Positions 27,083-37,688 of a stretch of 41,728 nt of DNA are shown piece after piece. Location of the stretch: positions 1 through 41,728 of the forward strand of contig JAUXCV010000001.1 in the NCBI GenBank assembly GCA_030618675.1, given 5' to 3'. This stretch comes from Acidimicrobiia bacterium (GTDB lineage Bacteria > Actinomycetota > Acidimicrobiia > Spongiisociales > UBA5794). How positions within the stretch are numbered: the first letter of the stretch is position 1; every line of letters begins with the position of its first letter. Under the pieces are notes generated by a model. That model did no database searches, was not told the origin of the DNA, and was given only the letters and a program-made list of their open reading frames with translations. The translations under genes were made by a program, and so were the position numbers.

Positions 27083-28158
27083 CCTTCGCCTTCGCTGCAG
27101 CCGGTACGGGCGGTCACATCTACCCGGCATTGGCCGTTGCCCGGGTGCTGGTCTCTTCGGGGATCCCGCCCTCCGACATCGTGTTCTTCGGTGGAGATCG
27201 ACTCGAAACCCGGATCGTGCCGGAGGCCGGATTCGAACTCGTCCAACTCGAAGTGAGAGGCCTCAAGCGATCGCTGACGGCCGACAATCTCATGCTGCCC
27301 GTGATGGTCCGTCGAGCTACGACCGCCGTGGCGGATGTCCTGGGAGAGCGAGAGTCGGGCGTTCTCACCGTGTTCGGTGGATACGTGAGTGTTCCCGCTG
27401 CGCTGGGGGCACGCAAGGTGGGCATGCCGTACGTGATCCACGAACAGAACGCCGTGCCGGGTCTCGCCAATCGATACGTCGCCCGGGGAGCGACGAGAAC
27501 GCTCGCGGCGTTCGCACCCGCACTCGACCGGCTCAAGGGCGCCGAGATCGTCGGGAATCCGCTCGGTGTCGCATTCGAGAACTACGAGAGGGATGAGATC
27601 AGAGCCGAGGCGTTCCGACGCTACGGACTCGCACCCGATCTGCCGGTGGTCGGCGTCTCCGGGGGTAGCCAGGGTGCCAGGGCTCTCAACGAATCGGCCG
27701 CCGAACTCGCTGCCGCTTTCGGTGAGACGGTATCGGTGCTGCACGTCACCGGACCCGATCACCACGATGCCGTCGCAGAGCAGGCCCGCTCCACGTCGAA
27801 CTGGGTCACGGTCCCGTTCGAATCCGACATGCAGTTCTTCTTCGCGGCGTCGGACGTCGTTCTGTCCAGAGCCGGGGCGATGACGGTGAGCGAACTGGCG
27901 GTCACATCAACTCCTTCGGTCGTTGTGCCGCTCCCGGCCGGGAAGGGCTACCAGGCTCTGAACGCACGAGACCTCGAGCGAGCAGGAGGATCGCTGGTCG
28001 TCGATCAGGAGCGGATCGCCGAGGTCCCCGCGTTGTTGGTGAGCCTCGCCACCGATGTCGAACGTCTTACCGCCATGCGAATCGGAGCGCGTTCGGTCGC
28101 GAAACCGGATGCTGCCCGCCACGTTGCTGCCATTCTCGAGGAGGTCACCCGTGTTTGA
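27079..28158 (+). CDS. murG: UDP-GlcNAc:lipid I N-acetylglucosaminyltransferase
   Basis: AAGTGGHIYPALAVA N-terminus and SRAGAMTVSELA motif. ATGA overlap with ftsW. Confidence 0.9.
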   Translation: MTFAFAAAGTGGHIYPALAVARVLVSSGIPPSDIVFFGGDRLETRIVPEAGFELVQLEVRGLKRSLTADNLMLPVMVRRATTAVADVLGERESGVLTVFGGYVSVPAALGARKVGMPYVIHEQNAVPGLANRYVARGATRTLAAFAPALDRLKGAEIVGNPLGVAFENYERDEIRAEAFRRYGLAPDLPVVGVSGGSQGARALNESAAELAAAFGETVSVLHVTGPDHHDAVAEQARSTSNWVTVPFESDMQFFFAASDVVLSRAGAMTVSELAVTSTPSVVVPLPAGKGYQALNARDLERAGGSLVVDQERIAEVPALLVSLATDVERLTAMRIGARSVAKPDAARHVAAILEEVTRV

Positions 28159-29527
28159 TCTGCCGACCGTCGATCTCGACGAGATCGAGTCCGTCCACAT
28201 GATCGGTGTCGGTGGTGCCGGGATGTCCGGTCTCGCCAAACTGCTGGCTCAGCGGGGCATTCGCGTGACGGGTTCCGACCTCAAGCCATCCGCTGTGGTG
28301 GACTCGCTCTCCGGGGTCGGCGTTGAGACCTGGATCGGTCATCGGCCGGATCAGATCACCGGTGCCGATGTCGTGGTTGCATCGTCGGCGGTTCCCGAGC
28401 ACGACCCGGAACTCAGCGCGGCCCGAAAAGCCGGGATGCTGACGGCACGAAGGCCGGCGCTTCTTCGGGGGATCACCATGGCGTTCCCGACCGTCGGATT
28501 CTCGGGCACACACGGAAAGACGTCCAGCACAGCGATGGCGGTCGCCGCCCTGCGTGCGTGCGACCAGGATCCTTCGTTCATCGTGGGTGGCGAGATCTCC
28601 GACCTGAACACCGGGGCCCATCTCGGAAGCAGCGATCTGCTGCTGCTCGAAGCCGACGAGGCATTCGGCACGTTTCGGCATCTACAACTCGTCGGTCTTG
28701 GTGTGACCAACATCGAGGCCGATCACCTGGATTACTACCGAACCGTCACTGCGCTCGAGGAGGCGTTCGCCTTGGTCGCGAGCCGCACCGACGGCCCGGT
28801 CGTCGGCTGCATCGACGATCCGGGCGTTCGTCGGTTGGCCGAGCGATCGAGCGTGATCGGCTACGGGACGAGCGAGGATGCCGCATGGAGGATCGAAGAC
28901 GTGACGCTCACTGCATCGCCATCCTTTTCGCTCACCGGGCGGGGGGCGACGAGGCGGATCCGGCTCCAGCAGCCCGGCATGCATGTTGTCAACAACGCCG
29001 CCGGCGTGCTGGCACTCTTCGGAGAACTCGGCTTCGACCTCGACTGTGCGGTCGAAGGTCTCGAGAAGTCCACCGGTGTCCGCCGACGATTCGAAGTCAA
29101 GGCGAAGATCTGCGACATCACGATCATCGACGATTACGCCCACCATCCAACGGAAGTCGCTTCCACGATCAGCGCTGCTCGAACGATGACGCGCGGTCGC
29201 CTCTGGGTCGTTTTCCAACCGCACCGCTACACCCGCACCGCGGCGCTCGCCCCATCGTTCGGTACACCCCTCGCCGGAGCGGATCGGATCATCGTCACGA
29301 ACGTCTACAGCGCGGGCGAGCGCCCGCAACCCGGTATCACGGGTCGGCTCGTCGACGAAGCCGTGAGAGCGAGTGGCGGTGATGTCACGTACGTCGAACG
29401 CCTCGCGGACCTGCCGGAGCTACTCGCGGGAGAACTCGAACCCGGCGACACCCTGGTGTTGATGGGAGCGGGGGACATCGCAACGATGTGGGACCAGATC
29501 GCCGACCGAATCGGGGAGGGTTCGTGA
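28151..29527 (+). CDS. murC: UDP-N-acetylmuramate--L-alanine ligase
   Basis: IGVGGAGMSGLA, GTHGKTSST and DDYAHHPTE motifs. GTG 28151 overlaps the murG stop by 8 nt. Confidence 0.88.
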   Translation: MFDLPTVDLDEIESVHMIGVGGAGMSGLAKLLAQRGIRVTGSDLKPSAVVDSLSGVGVETWIGHRPDQITGADVVVASSAVPEHDPELSAARKAGMLTARRPALLRGITMAFPTVGFSGTHGKTSSTAMAVAALRACDQDPSFIVGGEISDLNTGAHLGSSDLLLLEADEAFGTFRHLQLVGLGVTNIEADHLDYYRTVTALEEAFALVASRTDGPVVGCIDDPGVRRLAERSSVIGYGTSEDAAWRIEDVTLTASPSFSLTGRGATRRIRLQQPGMHVVNNAAGVLALFGELGFDLDCAVEGLEKSTGVRRRFEVKAKICDITIIDDYAHHPTEVASTISAARTMTRGRLWVVFQPHRYTRTAALAPSFGTPLAGADRIIVTNVYSAGERPQPGITGRLVDEAVRASGGDVTYVERLADLPELLAGELEPGDTLVLMGAGDIATMWDQIADRIGEGS

Positions 29528-30456
29528 ACGATCGATTGATGTCGACGCCGGGTGTGAGCGCGGGGGTGACCATTGCGCCGATGACCACCTACAAGCTCGG
29601 CGGCGCGGCCGATTGGTTCACCGAGATCGAAGATGAGCAGCATCTCGTCGACGTTCTTGCCGCCGCTGCCCATGAAGTGGACGTGCTGGTCCTCGGGCGC
29701 GGGAGCAATCTCCTGGTTGCCGATGCCGGATACCGAGGACTGGTGATCCGGCTCTCCGGTGAGTTCCTGAAGATCGTCGTCGAGTCGGGCGGCGTCGTTC
29801 GCGCCGGTGGAGCGGCTCCGTTGCCGCGGGTCGCCCGGGCGGGAGCCGAAGCCGGCCGTTGCGGACTCGAGTTCTACGCCGGGATCCCCGGCACGGTCGG
29901 GGGTGCGGTGAAGATGAACGCGGGTGGGCACGGGAGTGACACTGCAGCTTGTCTTCTCAGCGCACGGATCATCGATCGGTTCACCGGCGACCGAAGCGAT
30001 CGAACCGCTGCCGACCTGAGCTTCGGCTATCGGCATTCGAACATCGAACCGGGCGACATCGTCGTCGCCGCCCGGTTCTCGACGGAGCCGTGCAAGCCCG
30101 ACGTCGCCGAGGCCCGGATTCGCGAGATCACGCGGTGGAGGAAGGAGCACCAACCCGGCGGGACCTTCAACGCCGGCTCGGTCTTCAAGAACCCGCCCGA
30201 TGACGCGGCCGGACGTCTGATCGACGCGGTCGGACTCAAGGGATACCGACGAGGCGGTGTGGCTGTGTCGGAAATGCACGCCAATTTCCTCGTGGCCGAC
30301 GAACATGCCACCGCACAGGACGTGTGGGATCTTGTTTGGGCCGTGCGGCGACGTGTGGGCGAAGTCACAGGAGTCTGGCTCGTACCCGAGATCCAGTTCG
30401 CCGGCGCTTTCGACAGGACCGGTGATGAAGCGATGGGAACGGATACGGTCGGATGA
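29524..30456 (+). CDS. murB: UDP-N-acetylenolpyruvoylglucosamine reductase
   Basis: TTYKLGGAADWF, GRGSNLLV and GSVFKNP motifs. GTGA overlap with murC; ATG 29539 is an alternative start. Confidence 0.88.
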   Translation: MNDRLMSTPGVSAGVTIAPMTTYKLGGAADWFTEIEDEQHLVDVLAAAAHEVDVLVLGRGSNLLVADAGYRGLVIRLSGEFLKIVVESGGVVRAGGAAPLPRVARAGAEAGRCGLEFYAGIPGTVGGAVKMNAGGHGSDTAACLLSARIIDRFTGDRSDRTAADLSFGYRHSNIEPGDIVVAARFSTEPCKPDVAEARIREITRWRKEHQPGGTFNAGSVFKNPPDDAAGRLIDAVGLKGYRRGGVAVSEMHANFLVADEHATAQDVWDLVWAVRRRVGEVTGVWLVPEIQFAGAFDRTGDEAMGTDTVG

Positions 30457-31253
30457 ACACGATGGACCACCGGATCGCCGAGCGGCGACAGCAGGTGACG
30501 GAAGATCGAGCCCGTGGGCGGCTCAGGTGGCTGATCTGGATCGTACTGGCCGTGGTCGCGGTGGCGTTGACGGTATGGCTCGTCAATTCGCCGCTGCTCT
30601 CGATCCGATCCGTAACGGTCACAGGAACGCAGCGCACAGATCCGGCTGCGATCGCGGCCGACCTCGCCATCGGACCGGGAACTCCGACGATGTCGGTGAA
30701 CGCCGGCGCGTTGGAGGCCGCACTGCTCGAGAACCCGTGGATCGCAGAAGCCGACGTGATCGTCTCATGGCCCGGCAGTATGGAGATCCACGTCGTGGAG
30801 CGGGTACCCGTTGCCTCGATCACCATCGACGACGTCGTATTCCATACCGCGGCGGACGGCGTCCTGGTCGAGCGAACGAGCGGTGGAGCGATTCCGCCGC
30901 TGATCGTCACCGATCGCTCGGCGGCGACGCATGTCGGAGATCAGATCACAGACGGCTCGACGCTGGGGGCGATCGAGTTCCTGGTCGCACTTCCGCCGGC
31001 GCTGCGGCGATCGGCCGAGGTCACCGTCACCGGGACCACGGTCGCTGCGAACGTCGGCGGATTCATCATCCTATTGGGACGACCCGCCGACATGGCGGCG
31101 AAGGCGGCTGCCGTCGAGGCCCTCCTCGCCACCGGAATCGAGCCCGGGAGCAGGGTCGACGTGACCGCTCCGCTGCGTCCCGCGGTCGCTCCACCTCAAT
31201 CTCAACTGGAAGGTGAGACGAAGACAGTAGAAGAGTCTCAACCTTCGGACTAA
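30453..31253 (+). CDS. ftsQ: Cell division protein FtsQ (POTRA domain)
   Basis: Basic N-terminus, one TM segment, and a POTRA-like VTVTGTQRT block. Positioned between murB and ftsZ, with ATGA overlap with murB. Confidence 0.82.
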   Translation: MNTMDHRIAERRQQVTEDRARGRLRWLIWIVLAVVAVALTVWLVNSPLLSIRSVTVTGTQRTDPAAIAADLAIGPGTPTMSVNAGALEAALLENPWIAEADVIVSWPGSMEIHVVERVPVASITIDDVVFHTAADGVLVERTSGGAIPPLIVTDRSAATHVGDQITDGSTLGAIEFLVALPPALRRSAEVTVTGTTVAANVGGFIILLGRPADMAAKAAAVEALLATGIEPGSRVDVTAPLRPAVAPPQSQLEGETKTVEESQPSD

Positions 31254-31285
31254 CCTTGTTCCACCTGCGCGGGAGGCCCAGCACT

Positions 31286-32371
31286 ATGACAGATTCGAAA
31301 CTTTCACCACATACCTACCTGGCCGTCATCAAAGTGGTCGGGGTGGGCGGTGGCGGCGTGAACGCCGTGAACCGTATGATCGAGGCGAGTGTCGGCGGTG
31401 TGGAGTTCATCGCCGTCAACACCGACGCTCAAGCCCTCATCATGTCCGATGCCGATCTCAAGCTCGACATCGGCCGCGATTCCACCCGCGGTCTGGGTGC
31501 CGGGGCGAATCCCGAAGTCGGCCGTGAAGCGGCAGACGAGCATCGGGCCGAGATCGAGGACGCGCTAACCGGGGCCGACATGGTGTTCATCACCGCAGGT
31601 GAAGGTGGGGGAACCGGAACCGGCGCGGCCCCCGTCGTGGCCGAGGTCGCGAAGTCTCTCGGAGCGCTCACGGTCGGCGTTGTCACGCGTCCGTTCGGAT
31701 TCGAAGGCCGTCGCCGATCCGTTGCCGCCGAACAGGGCATCCAGACCCTGAAGCAGGCCGTCGACACGCTCATCATCATCCCGAACGAGCGCCTCCTCGA
31801 GATCGCGGACGACCAGACACCGGTTGTCGACGCGTTCAAGATGGCCGACGAGATCCTCACGAACGGAGTCAAGGGGATCACCGATCTCATCACGACGCCG
31901 GGGCTCATCAACGTCGACTTCGCTGATGTGAAGACGGTGATGTCCGAAGCCGGATCCGCTGTGATGGGGATCGGGCAGGCGACCGGCGACAGCCGTGCAC
32001 AGCAGGCCGCGGAGAAGGCGATCGCGAGTCCTCTGCTCGAAACGTCGATGGATGGGGCGCGAGGCGTTCTGCTCTCGATAGCCGGTCCAAGAGAGATGAC
32101 GCTCCACGAGGTGTCCACGGCGGCATCTATCGTTGCCGATCATTCGGATGGGGACGCGAACATCATCTTCGGCGCCGTCGTCGACGATTCTCTCGGGGAC
32201 GACATGCGGGTAACCGTCATCGCCGCCGGATTCGAGAAGGAACAGACGCGGTCAGCGTTCACCTCCGCTCCCACGGCCGGTGTTCCGATCGTGCGCACGA
32301 GTCAGGGCGAGGTGGCCCGTCACGAGGACGGAACCGACGAGATGGAGATCCCGGGCTTCGTCCAGGGATGA
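31286..32371 (+). CDS. ftsZ: Cell division GTPase FtsZ
   Basis: [26 protein letters not shown] (tubulin signature) and NVDFADV. ATG 31286 lies 9 nt after GGGAGG. Confidence 0.95.
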   Translation: MTDSKLSPHTYLAVIKVVGVGGGGVNAVNRMIEASVGGVEFIAVNTDAQALIMSDADLKLDIGRDSTRGLGAGANPEVGREAADEHRAEIEDALTGADMVFITAGEGGGTGTGAAPVVAEVAKSLGALTVGVVTRPFGFEGRRRSVAAEQGIQTLKQAVDTLIIIPNERLLEIADDQTPVVDAFKMADEILTNGVKGITDLITTPGLINVDFADVKTVMSEAGSAVMGIGQATGDSRAQQAAEKAIASPLLETSMDGARGVLLSIAGPREMTLHEVSTAASIVADHSDGDANIIFGAVVDDSLGDDMRVTVIAAGFEKEQTRSAFTSAPTAGVPIVRTSQGEVARHEDGTDEMEIPGFVQG

Positions 32372-32997
32372 TCCGACCCGCGGGATTCCGCGGAGCGGCC
32401 TTCGGCGACGCAGGCGACGGAAACGGCCGGGATGACCTCGAGAGGCGAGAGCTGATCTCGGACGAGCTTGGCATCCCGCGGGCGTGGGCATTCGTCCATC
32501 AGGTCCATGGAGGCGTCGTGTTGAACGTCGACCAACCGGGTCTTGCCGGTTCTGCCGACGGTCTGATCACCGATCGACCGGGACTCCCGCTGACGATCGC
32601 AACGGCAGACTGCATGCCGATCATCATCGAAGGGGACCATTCGGTTGCCATCCTCCACGCGGGGTGGCGCGGGGTTGCGGCAGAGATCATGGGGTCCGGC
32701 ATCAAAGCGATGAAGGCTCTCGGGGACACACCGAGGAGGGCAGCGATCGGGCCTTCGATCGGACCGTGCTGCTACGAGGTCGGCGACGAGGTCAGAGCGG
32801 CCGTCGGCGACTACGCATCCCGAACGACGTCTGGAACGCCGAGTGTCGATCTTCGATCGGCGGCGGCGGGGCAACTGTCCGGTCTCGACGTCTGGAGATC
32901 CGACGTCTGCACGCACTCGGATCCGGGATTTCGCTCGTATCGTCGGGACGCGACAACAGAACGGCAGGTGGCGGTGGCATGGCTACCAGAGGACTGA
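32368..32997 (+). CDS. pgeF: YfiH/PgeF (DUF152) laccase-domain protein, peptidoglycan editing factor family
   Basis: ADCMPIII...ILHAGWRG and [12 protein letters not shown] motifs. ATGA overlap with ftsZ. Confidence 0.85.
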   Translation: MIRPAGFRGAAFGDAGDGNGRDDLERRELISDELGIPRAWAFVHQVHGGVVLNVDQPGLAGSADGLITDRPGLPLTIATADCMPIIIEGDHSVAILHAGWRGVAAEIMGSGIKAMKALGDTPRRAAIGPSIGPCCYEVGDEVRAAVGDYASRTTSGTPSVDLRSAAAGQLSGLDVWRSDVCTHSDPGFRSYRRDATTERQVAVAWLPED

Positions 32998-33671
32998 TCA
33001 ACGTGGAGCGCCGTATCGCAGGTGCTGCGAAGCGTTCGGGGAGAGGCCCGGATGACGTGACGCTGCTCGCCGTGTCGAAGGGACGAACCGACGCGGCCGT
33101 GACCGAACTGTACGAAGCCGGACAGCGGGTGTTCGGAGAGAACCGCCCCCAAGGACTCAGCCAACGTCTAGAAGCGGATCTTCCGGACGATATCGAGTGG
33201 CACTTCGTGGGGAACGTACAGCGAAGGGCGATCAAGGTGATCGCGCCGTCGATCACCCTGCTCCACTCCCTCGACCGCATGAGCATCGCAGACGCGTGGA
33301 TCCGGCTCGAAGCCCCCCCACCGGTGCTGATCGAGATCAACATCGGAGAGGAGCCGCAGAAGCACGGATTCGCCCCGGCCGATGTTCATCGCGTCGCCGA
33401 CCATCTCGCCGCGGGAGGTGTCCCTGTTCACGGGCTGATGATCATCCCGCCGAGGGAACGCATCGCGGATGACGCCCGCCGGTGGTTCGTCGCTCTGCGC
33501 GAACTCCGCGATACTCTGGTGGTCGAACATCCGGAGGCCGGCGATCTGTCGATGGGGATGACGGACGACTTCGAGGTAGCCGTGGAAGAGGGTGCGAGCA
33601 TCGTTCGCGTGGGACGGGCTATCTTTGACCCTGCGAACGACGAAGACAACGGACGCTCTTACGAGGATTGA
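32979..33671 (+). CDS. yggS: YggS/YlmE-family PLP-binding protein
   Basis: LLAVSKGR (PLP-Lys), FGENRPQ, HFVGNVQRRA and LSMGMTDDF motifs. It overlaps pgeF by 19 nt. Confidence 0.88.
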   Translation: MATRGLINVERRIAGAAKRSGRGPDDVTLLAVSKGRTDAAVTELYEAGQRVFGENRPQGLSQRLEADLPDDIEWHFVGNVQRRAIKVIAPSITLLHSLDRMSIADAWIRLEAPPPVLIEINIGEEPQKHGFAPADVHRVADHLAAGGVPVHGLMIIPPRERIADDARRWFVALRELRDTLVVEHPEAGDLSMGMTDDFEVAVEEGASIVRVGRAIFDPANDEDNGRSYED

Positions 33672-33673
33672 CT

Positions 33674-34234
33674 ATGGCAACGTTCTGGCAGAAGACGCTC
33701 TTTTACCTCGGACTCGTCGATGACGATGATGCCGCCGATGGTGGACAGGCAGGAACCGGAGCGTCGACCGGTAGTCCGGGTGCCGAATCGCCACGTGCCG
33801 TCACGGCTCGCCCACCCGGGAGTGTCGCCGGACGCCGCATCGATCCACCGTCATCGGATCGCAGAGAGTCAACCTGGGATCACACCGAGGCAGGGGTCTA
33901 TGTGCAGCCGGGGGATCATGTGGAACGACCGATCGAGTCGACCCGGCTCCCGTCCCCTGGAACGGTCGATGTCATCGTCGCGCGGAACTTCTCCGATGCC
34001 CAGCTGCTTGCCGACGGCATCCGATCCGGCAGCGCTCTCGTGCTCGATCTTCGGTCGACCGAACCCGAGATGGTCCGCAGGCTCGTCGATTTCACGTCGG
34101 GACTCACATACGCGCTCGATGGCAAGATGGCGAAGATCTCGCAAGGCGTCATTCTCGTCAGTCCGGCAGGTGTTTCCGTGAGCAGTGAGGAACTCGACCG
34201 CCTCGGCACACTCGGACTCTACCGATCGTCCTGA
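33674..34234 (+). CDS. sepF: Cell division protein SepF
   Basis: N-terminus WQKTLFYLGLVDDD, a low-complexity linker, and a C-terminal SepF core (ALVLDLRS...RRLVDFTSGLTYALDGKMAKISQGVILVSP). Confidence 0.88.
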   Translation: MATFWQKTLFYLGLVDDDDAADGGQAGTGASTGSPGAESPRAVTARPPGSVAGRRIDPPSSDRRESTWDHTEAGVYVQPGDHVERPIESTRLPSPGTVDVIVARNFSDAQLLADGIRSGSALVLDLRSTEPEMVRRLVDFTSGLTYALDGKMAKISQGVILVSPAGVSVSSEELDRLGTLGLYRSS

Positions 34235-34237
34235 TCC

Positions 34238-34504
34238 ATGCTTGGAATCGTTTGCGGCGTTCTTCGGCTGGCGATCTGGGTCATGATCGCCTGGATCGTT
34301 CTGAGCTATGTCGTCTCGTTCGGACGGCTGGGATTCGATCATCCCGTCCGACGCCTCTACGACGGACTCTCCAGGGTGATCGAGCCGCTCATGCGTCCGA
34401 TCCGAAGCGTCATACCGCCCGTGAGGATCGGGGGAGCGGCACTCGACCTCTCCCCGCTCATCCTCATCATCGGCGTCAACCTGCTGCTCGTGTTCCTCTG
34501 CTAG
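34238..34504 (+). CDS. yggT: YggT/YlmG-family membrane protein
   Basis: 88 aa with two TM segments and the RLYDGLSRVIEPLMRPIR...PPVRIGGAALDLSPLI pattern typical of YggT. Canonical position after sepF. Confidence 0.85.
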   Translation: MLGIVCGVLRLAIWVMIAWIVLSYVVSFGRLGFDHPVRRLYDGLSRVIEPLMRPIRSVIPPVRIGGAALDLSPLILIIGVNLLLVFLC

Positions 34505-37500
34505 AAGGCTGTCGGTCGATACTGAGGACGACGGCGGCACCATCGACGATGATGGGATCCGACGTCATCGAGCCATCTCGCACGATCTCGGTTGCCAACA
34601 CCTCGCCGGCGATGAAACCATTGTGAACGTCGAATGCATCGACGATAGAGGCGTCTCCGGAGTTCCAACGAAGTCGGATTCGATCGGCCACTTCGTAGTC
34701 CTCTGAACGTCGCATCATCTGTATCCGGTTGACGAGTTCGCGCGCGACGCCCTCGATGAGAAGGTCATCCGTGAGCTGGATATCGAGCGCGACGGTGATC
34801 GAACCCTCCGTGGCGACGACGGTTCCCTCGCGCGGACTGCGGAGGACCACGAAATCCTCAGAGGTCAGCACGTTCTCAGCGATCGTGATCTCACCGGTTT
34901 CGAGGAGTTGGACGACGGCATCGTGATCCATGCCCGCGATCGCCGCTGCGATAGCCTTCGTCTCCTTCCCGAACCGGGGCCCAAGGCGCTTGAAGTCGGC
35001 CTTCGCCGACAGCTCAACCAGATCGGCTTCGTCGTCGTGGACCTTCACGGAGCGAACGTTGAGCTCCTCAGCGATGAGATCTGTGTGCGTCTCGATCGCC
35101 CGACGGAGTCCGGGGTCTCCAGCGACGATCGTCACGAGAGCGAGCGGTTGGCGGACCCTCAGATCGTTCCGCTTCCTCAGTGTTCGACCGAGATTGACGA
35201 CCGTCCTCGATGCCGCCATCGCCGATTCGAGATCGGTGTCGATCATCGCTCTGTCGGCGGTGGGGTAGTCGAGCAGGTGCACGCTCTGCCGGGCCGAGGT
35301 CTCAGACGGCCGAGCGAGGCGTTGGTACATCTCCTCTGCCATGAACGGCAGCACGGGAGCGGCGACAGTCGCGAACGTGAGGAGCACTTCGTGAAGCGTG
35401 GCGAAGGCGGCCAGTTTGCTCCTCTCGTCACCTCCTCCTCGGTGGGACCAGAAGCGCCGCCGGGACCTGCGGATGTACCAGTTCGTCAGATGCTCCACGA
35501 ATCCGATGATGGGCGGCGTCACGGCGAAGAGACGGTACGACTCCATCTCGCGGTTGACACTCGCGATGAGGGTCTGAAGGACGGAGAGGATCCAGCGGTC
35601 GATCTCCGGTCGTTCTGCGACGGGCGGGGCTGCGGCGAGATCCGCGTCCGTGATGGCGTCGGCTTCGGCATAGGTCGTGAAGAACGAGAAGGCGTTCCAC
35701 CATGGAAGCAGCACTGTTCTGACGACTTCGCGAACACCGTCTTCCGAGAAGCGGAGCGGATCGGCGCGAACCACGGGAGAGTTGATGAGATACGCGCGAA
35801 GTGCATCGGCACCGAACTCGTCGAGAACGTGTGACGGATCCGGGTAGTTCTTCAGGCTCTTCGACATCTTCCGACCGTCCTCGGCGAGGACCATGCCGGT
35901 GACGACGCAGTTCTGGAACGGCGCCGTGTCGAAGATCCCGGTTGACAGGATCAGCAGCGTATAGAACCAGCCACGGGTCTGATCGAGGCCCTCTGCGATG
36001 AAGTTCGCGGGGAAGCCGCTCTCGAATCGTTCCTTGTTCTCGAACGGGTAGTGGACCTGGGCGTACGGCATGGAGCCGGAGTCGAACCACGTATCGAGCA
36101 CCTCGGGGACGCGGATCATCGTGCCGTCGCACGTGTTGCACGGCCAGGTGATCGGATCGAGGATGTGCTTGTGGAGATCGTCGGTCCATACACCGCTCAA
36201 CGCTTCGAGTTCGTCACGGGATCCGAGGCACACGGTCTCGTCACACGAGTCGCATTCCCAGATGGGGATCGTGGTACCCCAGAAACGGTTCCGGGAGATC
36301 GCGTAGTCCCTGGCGCCCTCGAGCCAGTTGCCGAATCTCTTGGCGCCGACGTAGTCGGGGACCCAGTGGATATCGTTGTTCAGCTCGACCATTCGGTCCT
36401 TGATCGACTCTACGTTGACGTACCAACTCGGGATGGCCTTGTAGATCAGGGGAGTATCCGTGCGCCAACAGAACGGGTAGCTGTGGGTGATCACGCCCTC
36501 GTACACGAGCACGCCCCGGTCCCGAAGCAATGCGGTCAGGATGGGATCCGCAGCTTTGACGTGGAGGCCCTCGACCTCAGGAACCTCGTCGGTGAACCGG
36601 GCTTCGAGGTCGATTGGGTCGACGAGGGCGGAGATCCCGGCCTTCCGAAGGGCGAAGAAATCCGCTTCGCCATAGGCGGGTGCGGTGTGGACCAGTCCGG
36701 TCCCGTCCTCCGTCGTCACCTCATCCATCGCTATCACACGGAACGCCCCGTTCTCGCGCTGGTCCTCGAAGTGGGGGAAGGGCGGTTCGTAGGCGATCCC
36801 GAGCAGATCGGCGCCGGACGCGGCGGCGACGATCTCCGGCAGTGTGTCGCTCCAGAGGTCACCGACTCGCTCCCGCGCGACCCAGTAGTGGTCTCCTTCG
36901 TCCACAACCCGCACGTACTCGATGTCCTCGCCGACCGCGACAGCGAGATTCCCCGGAAGTGTCCAGGGCGTCGTCGTCCAGACGAGGAGGTAGTCGCCGA
37001 CGATGGCATGATCGTTGCCGTCGGTGATGGGTAGCCGCAGTGTTACCGACGGATCCTCGACGTCGCGGTACCCACCGAGGTTCACCTCGAAGTTCGAGAG
37101 CGACGTCGTGGCGCCCCAGGAGTAGGGGAGTACCTTGAACGCCTTGTAGATCAGGCCGCGATCCCAGAGTTGCTTGAACCCCCACCAGACCGACTCCATG
37201 AACTCGATGTCCATGGTCTTGTAGTTGTCTTCGAAATCCACCCAACGGCCGATTCGACGAGTGACATCGTAGAAAGCCGTTGTGGTGTGCTCGACGAGAT
37301 CTCGCGCGGCTTCATTGAACCGTGCGACGCCGAACTCCTCGATCTCGCGCGGCCCGGAGATTCCGAGGAGCTTCTGAACCTCCATCTCGATGGGAAGGCC
37401 GTGGGTGTCCCAGCCGAAGCGGCGCTCGACGCGATGCCCGCGCATCGTCCAGTAGCGGGGAACGATGTCCTTGACGACGGCTTGAAGGATGTGACCGTAG

Positions 37501-37688
37501 TGAGGGGTCCCGGTCGCGAACGGAGGGCCGTCGTAGAAGGTGTACTCCGACTCTGCGGGGCGCATCTCGACGGAGGAGTGGAAGGCATCGATCCGATCCC
37601 AGAGCGCGAGGACGCGACCGTCGAGTTCCGGGAGATCGACGCCCGGGGTAACCCGGGAGAAGGTGGGTGATGGGTTCTGATCGGTCAC
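34476..37688 (-). CDS. ileS: Isoleucine--tRNA ligase (long, type-2-like)
   Basis: 1070 aa. HIGH motif (PHYGHIL), KMSKS (RKMSKSLKN) and a CP1 editing domain. GTG start with GGAGGA upstream. The 3' end overlaps yggT by 29 nt in a convergent arrangement. Confidence 0.95.
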   Translation of the reverse strand: MTDQNPSPTFSRVTPGVDLPELDGRVLALWDRIDAFHSSVEMRPAESEYTFYDGPPFATGTPHYGHILQAVVKDIVPRYWTMRGHRVERRFGWDTHGLPIEMEVQKLLGISGPREIEEFGVARFNEAARDLVEHTTTAFYDVTRRIGRWVDFEDNYKTMDIEFMESVWWGFKQLWDRGLIYKAFKVLPYSWGATTSLSNFEVNLGGYRDVEDPSVTLRLPITDGNDHAIVGDYLLVWTTTPWTLPGNLAVAVGEDIEYVRVVDEGDHYWVARERVGDLWSDTLPEIVAAASGADLLGIAYEPPFPHFEDQRENGAFRVIAMDEVTTEDGTGLVHTAPAYGEADFFALRKAGISALVDPIDLEARFTDEVPEVEGLHVKAADPILTALLRDRGVLVYEGVITHSYPFCWRTDTPLIYKAIPSWYVNVESIKDRMVELNNDIHWVPDYVGAKRFGNWLEGARDYAISRNRFWGTTIPIWECDSCDETVCLGSRDELEALSGVWTDDLHKHILDPITWPCNTCDGTMIRVPEVLDTWFDSGSMPYAQVHYPFENKERFESGFPANFIAEGLDQTRGWFYTLLILSTGIFDTAPFQNCVVTGMVLAEDGRKMSKSLKNYPDPSHVLDEFGADALRAYLINSPVVRADPLRFSEDGVREVVRTVLLPWWNAFSFFTTYAEADAITDADLAAAPPVAERPEIDRWILSVLQTLIASVNREMESYRLFAVTPPIIGFVEHLTNWYIRRSRRRFWSHRGGGDERSKLAAFATLHEVLLTFATVAAPVLPFMAEEMYQRLARPSETSARQSVHLLDYPTADRAMIDTDLESAMAASRTVVNLGRTLRKRNDLRVRQPLALVTIVAGDPGLRRAIETHTDLIAEELNVRSVKVHDDEADLVELSAKADFKRLGPRFGKETKAIAAAIAGMDHDAVVQLLETGEITIAENVLTSEDFVVLRSPREGTVVATEGSITVALDIQLTDDLLIEGVARELVNRIQMMRRSEDYEVADRIRLRWNSGDASIVDAFDVHNGFIAGEVLATEIVRDGSMTSDPIIVDGAAVVLSIDRQPSSRGTRAAG

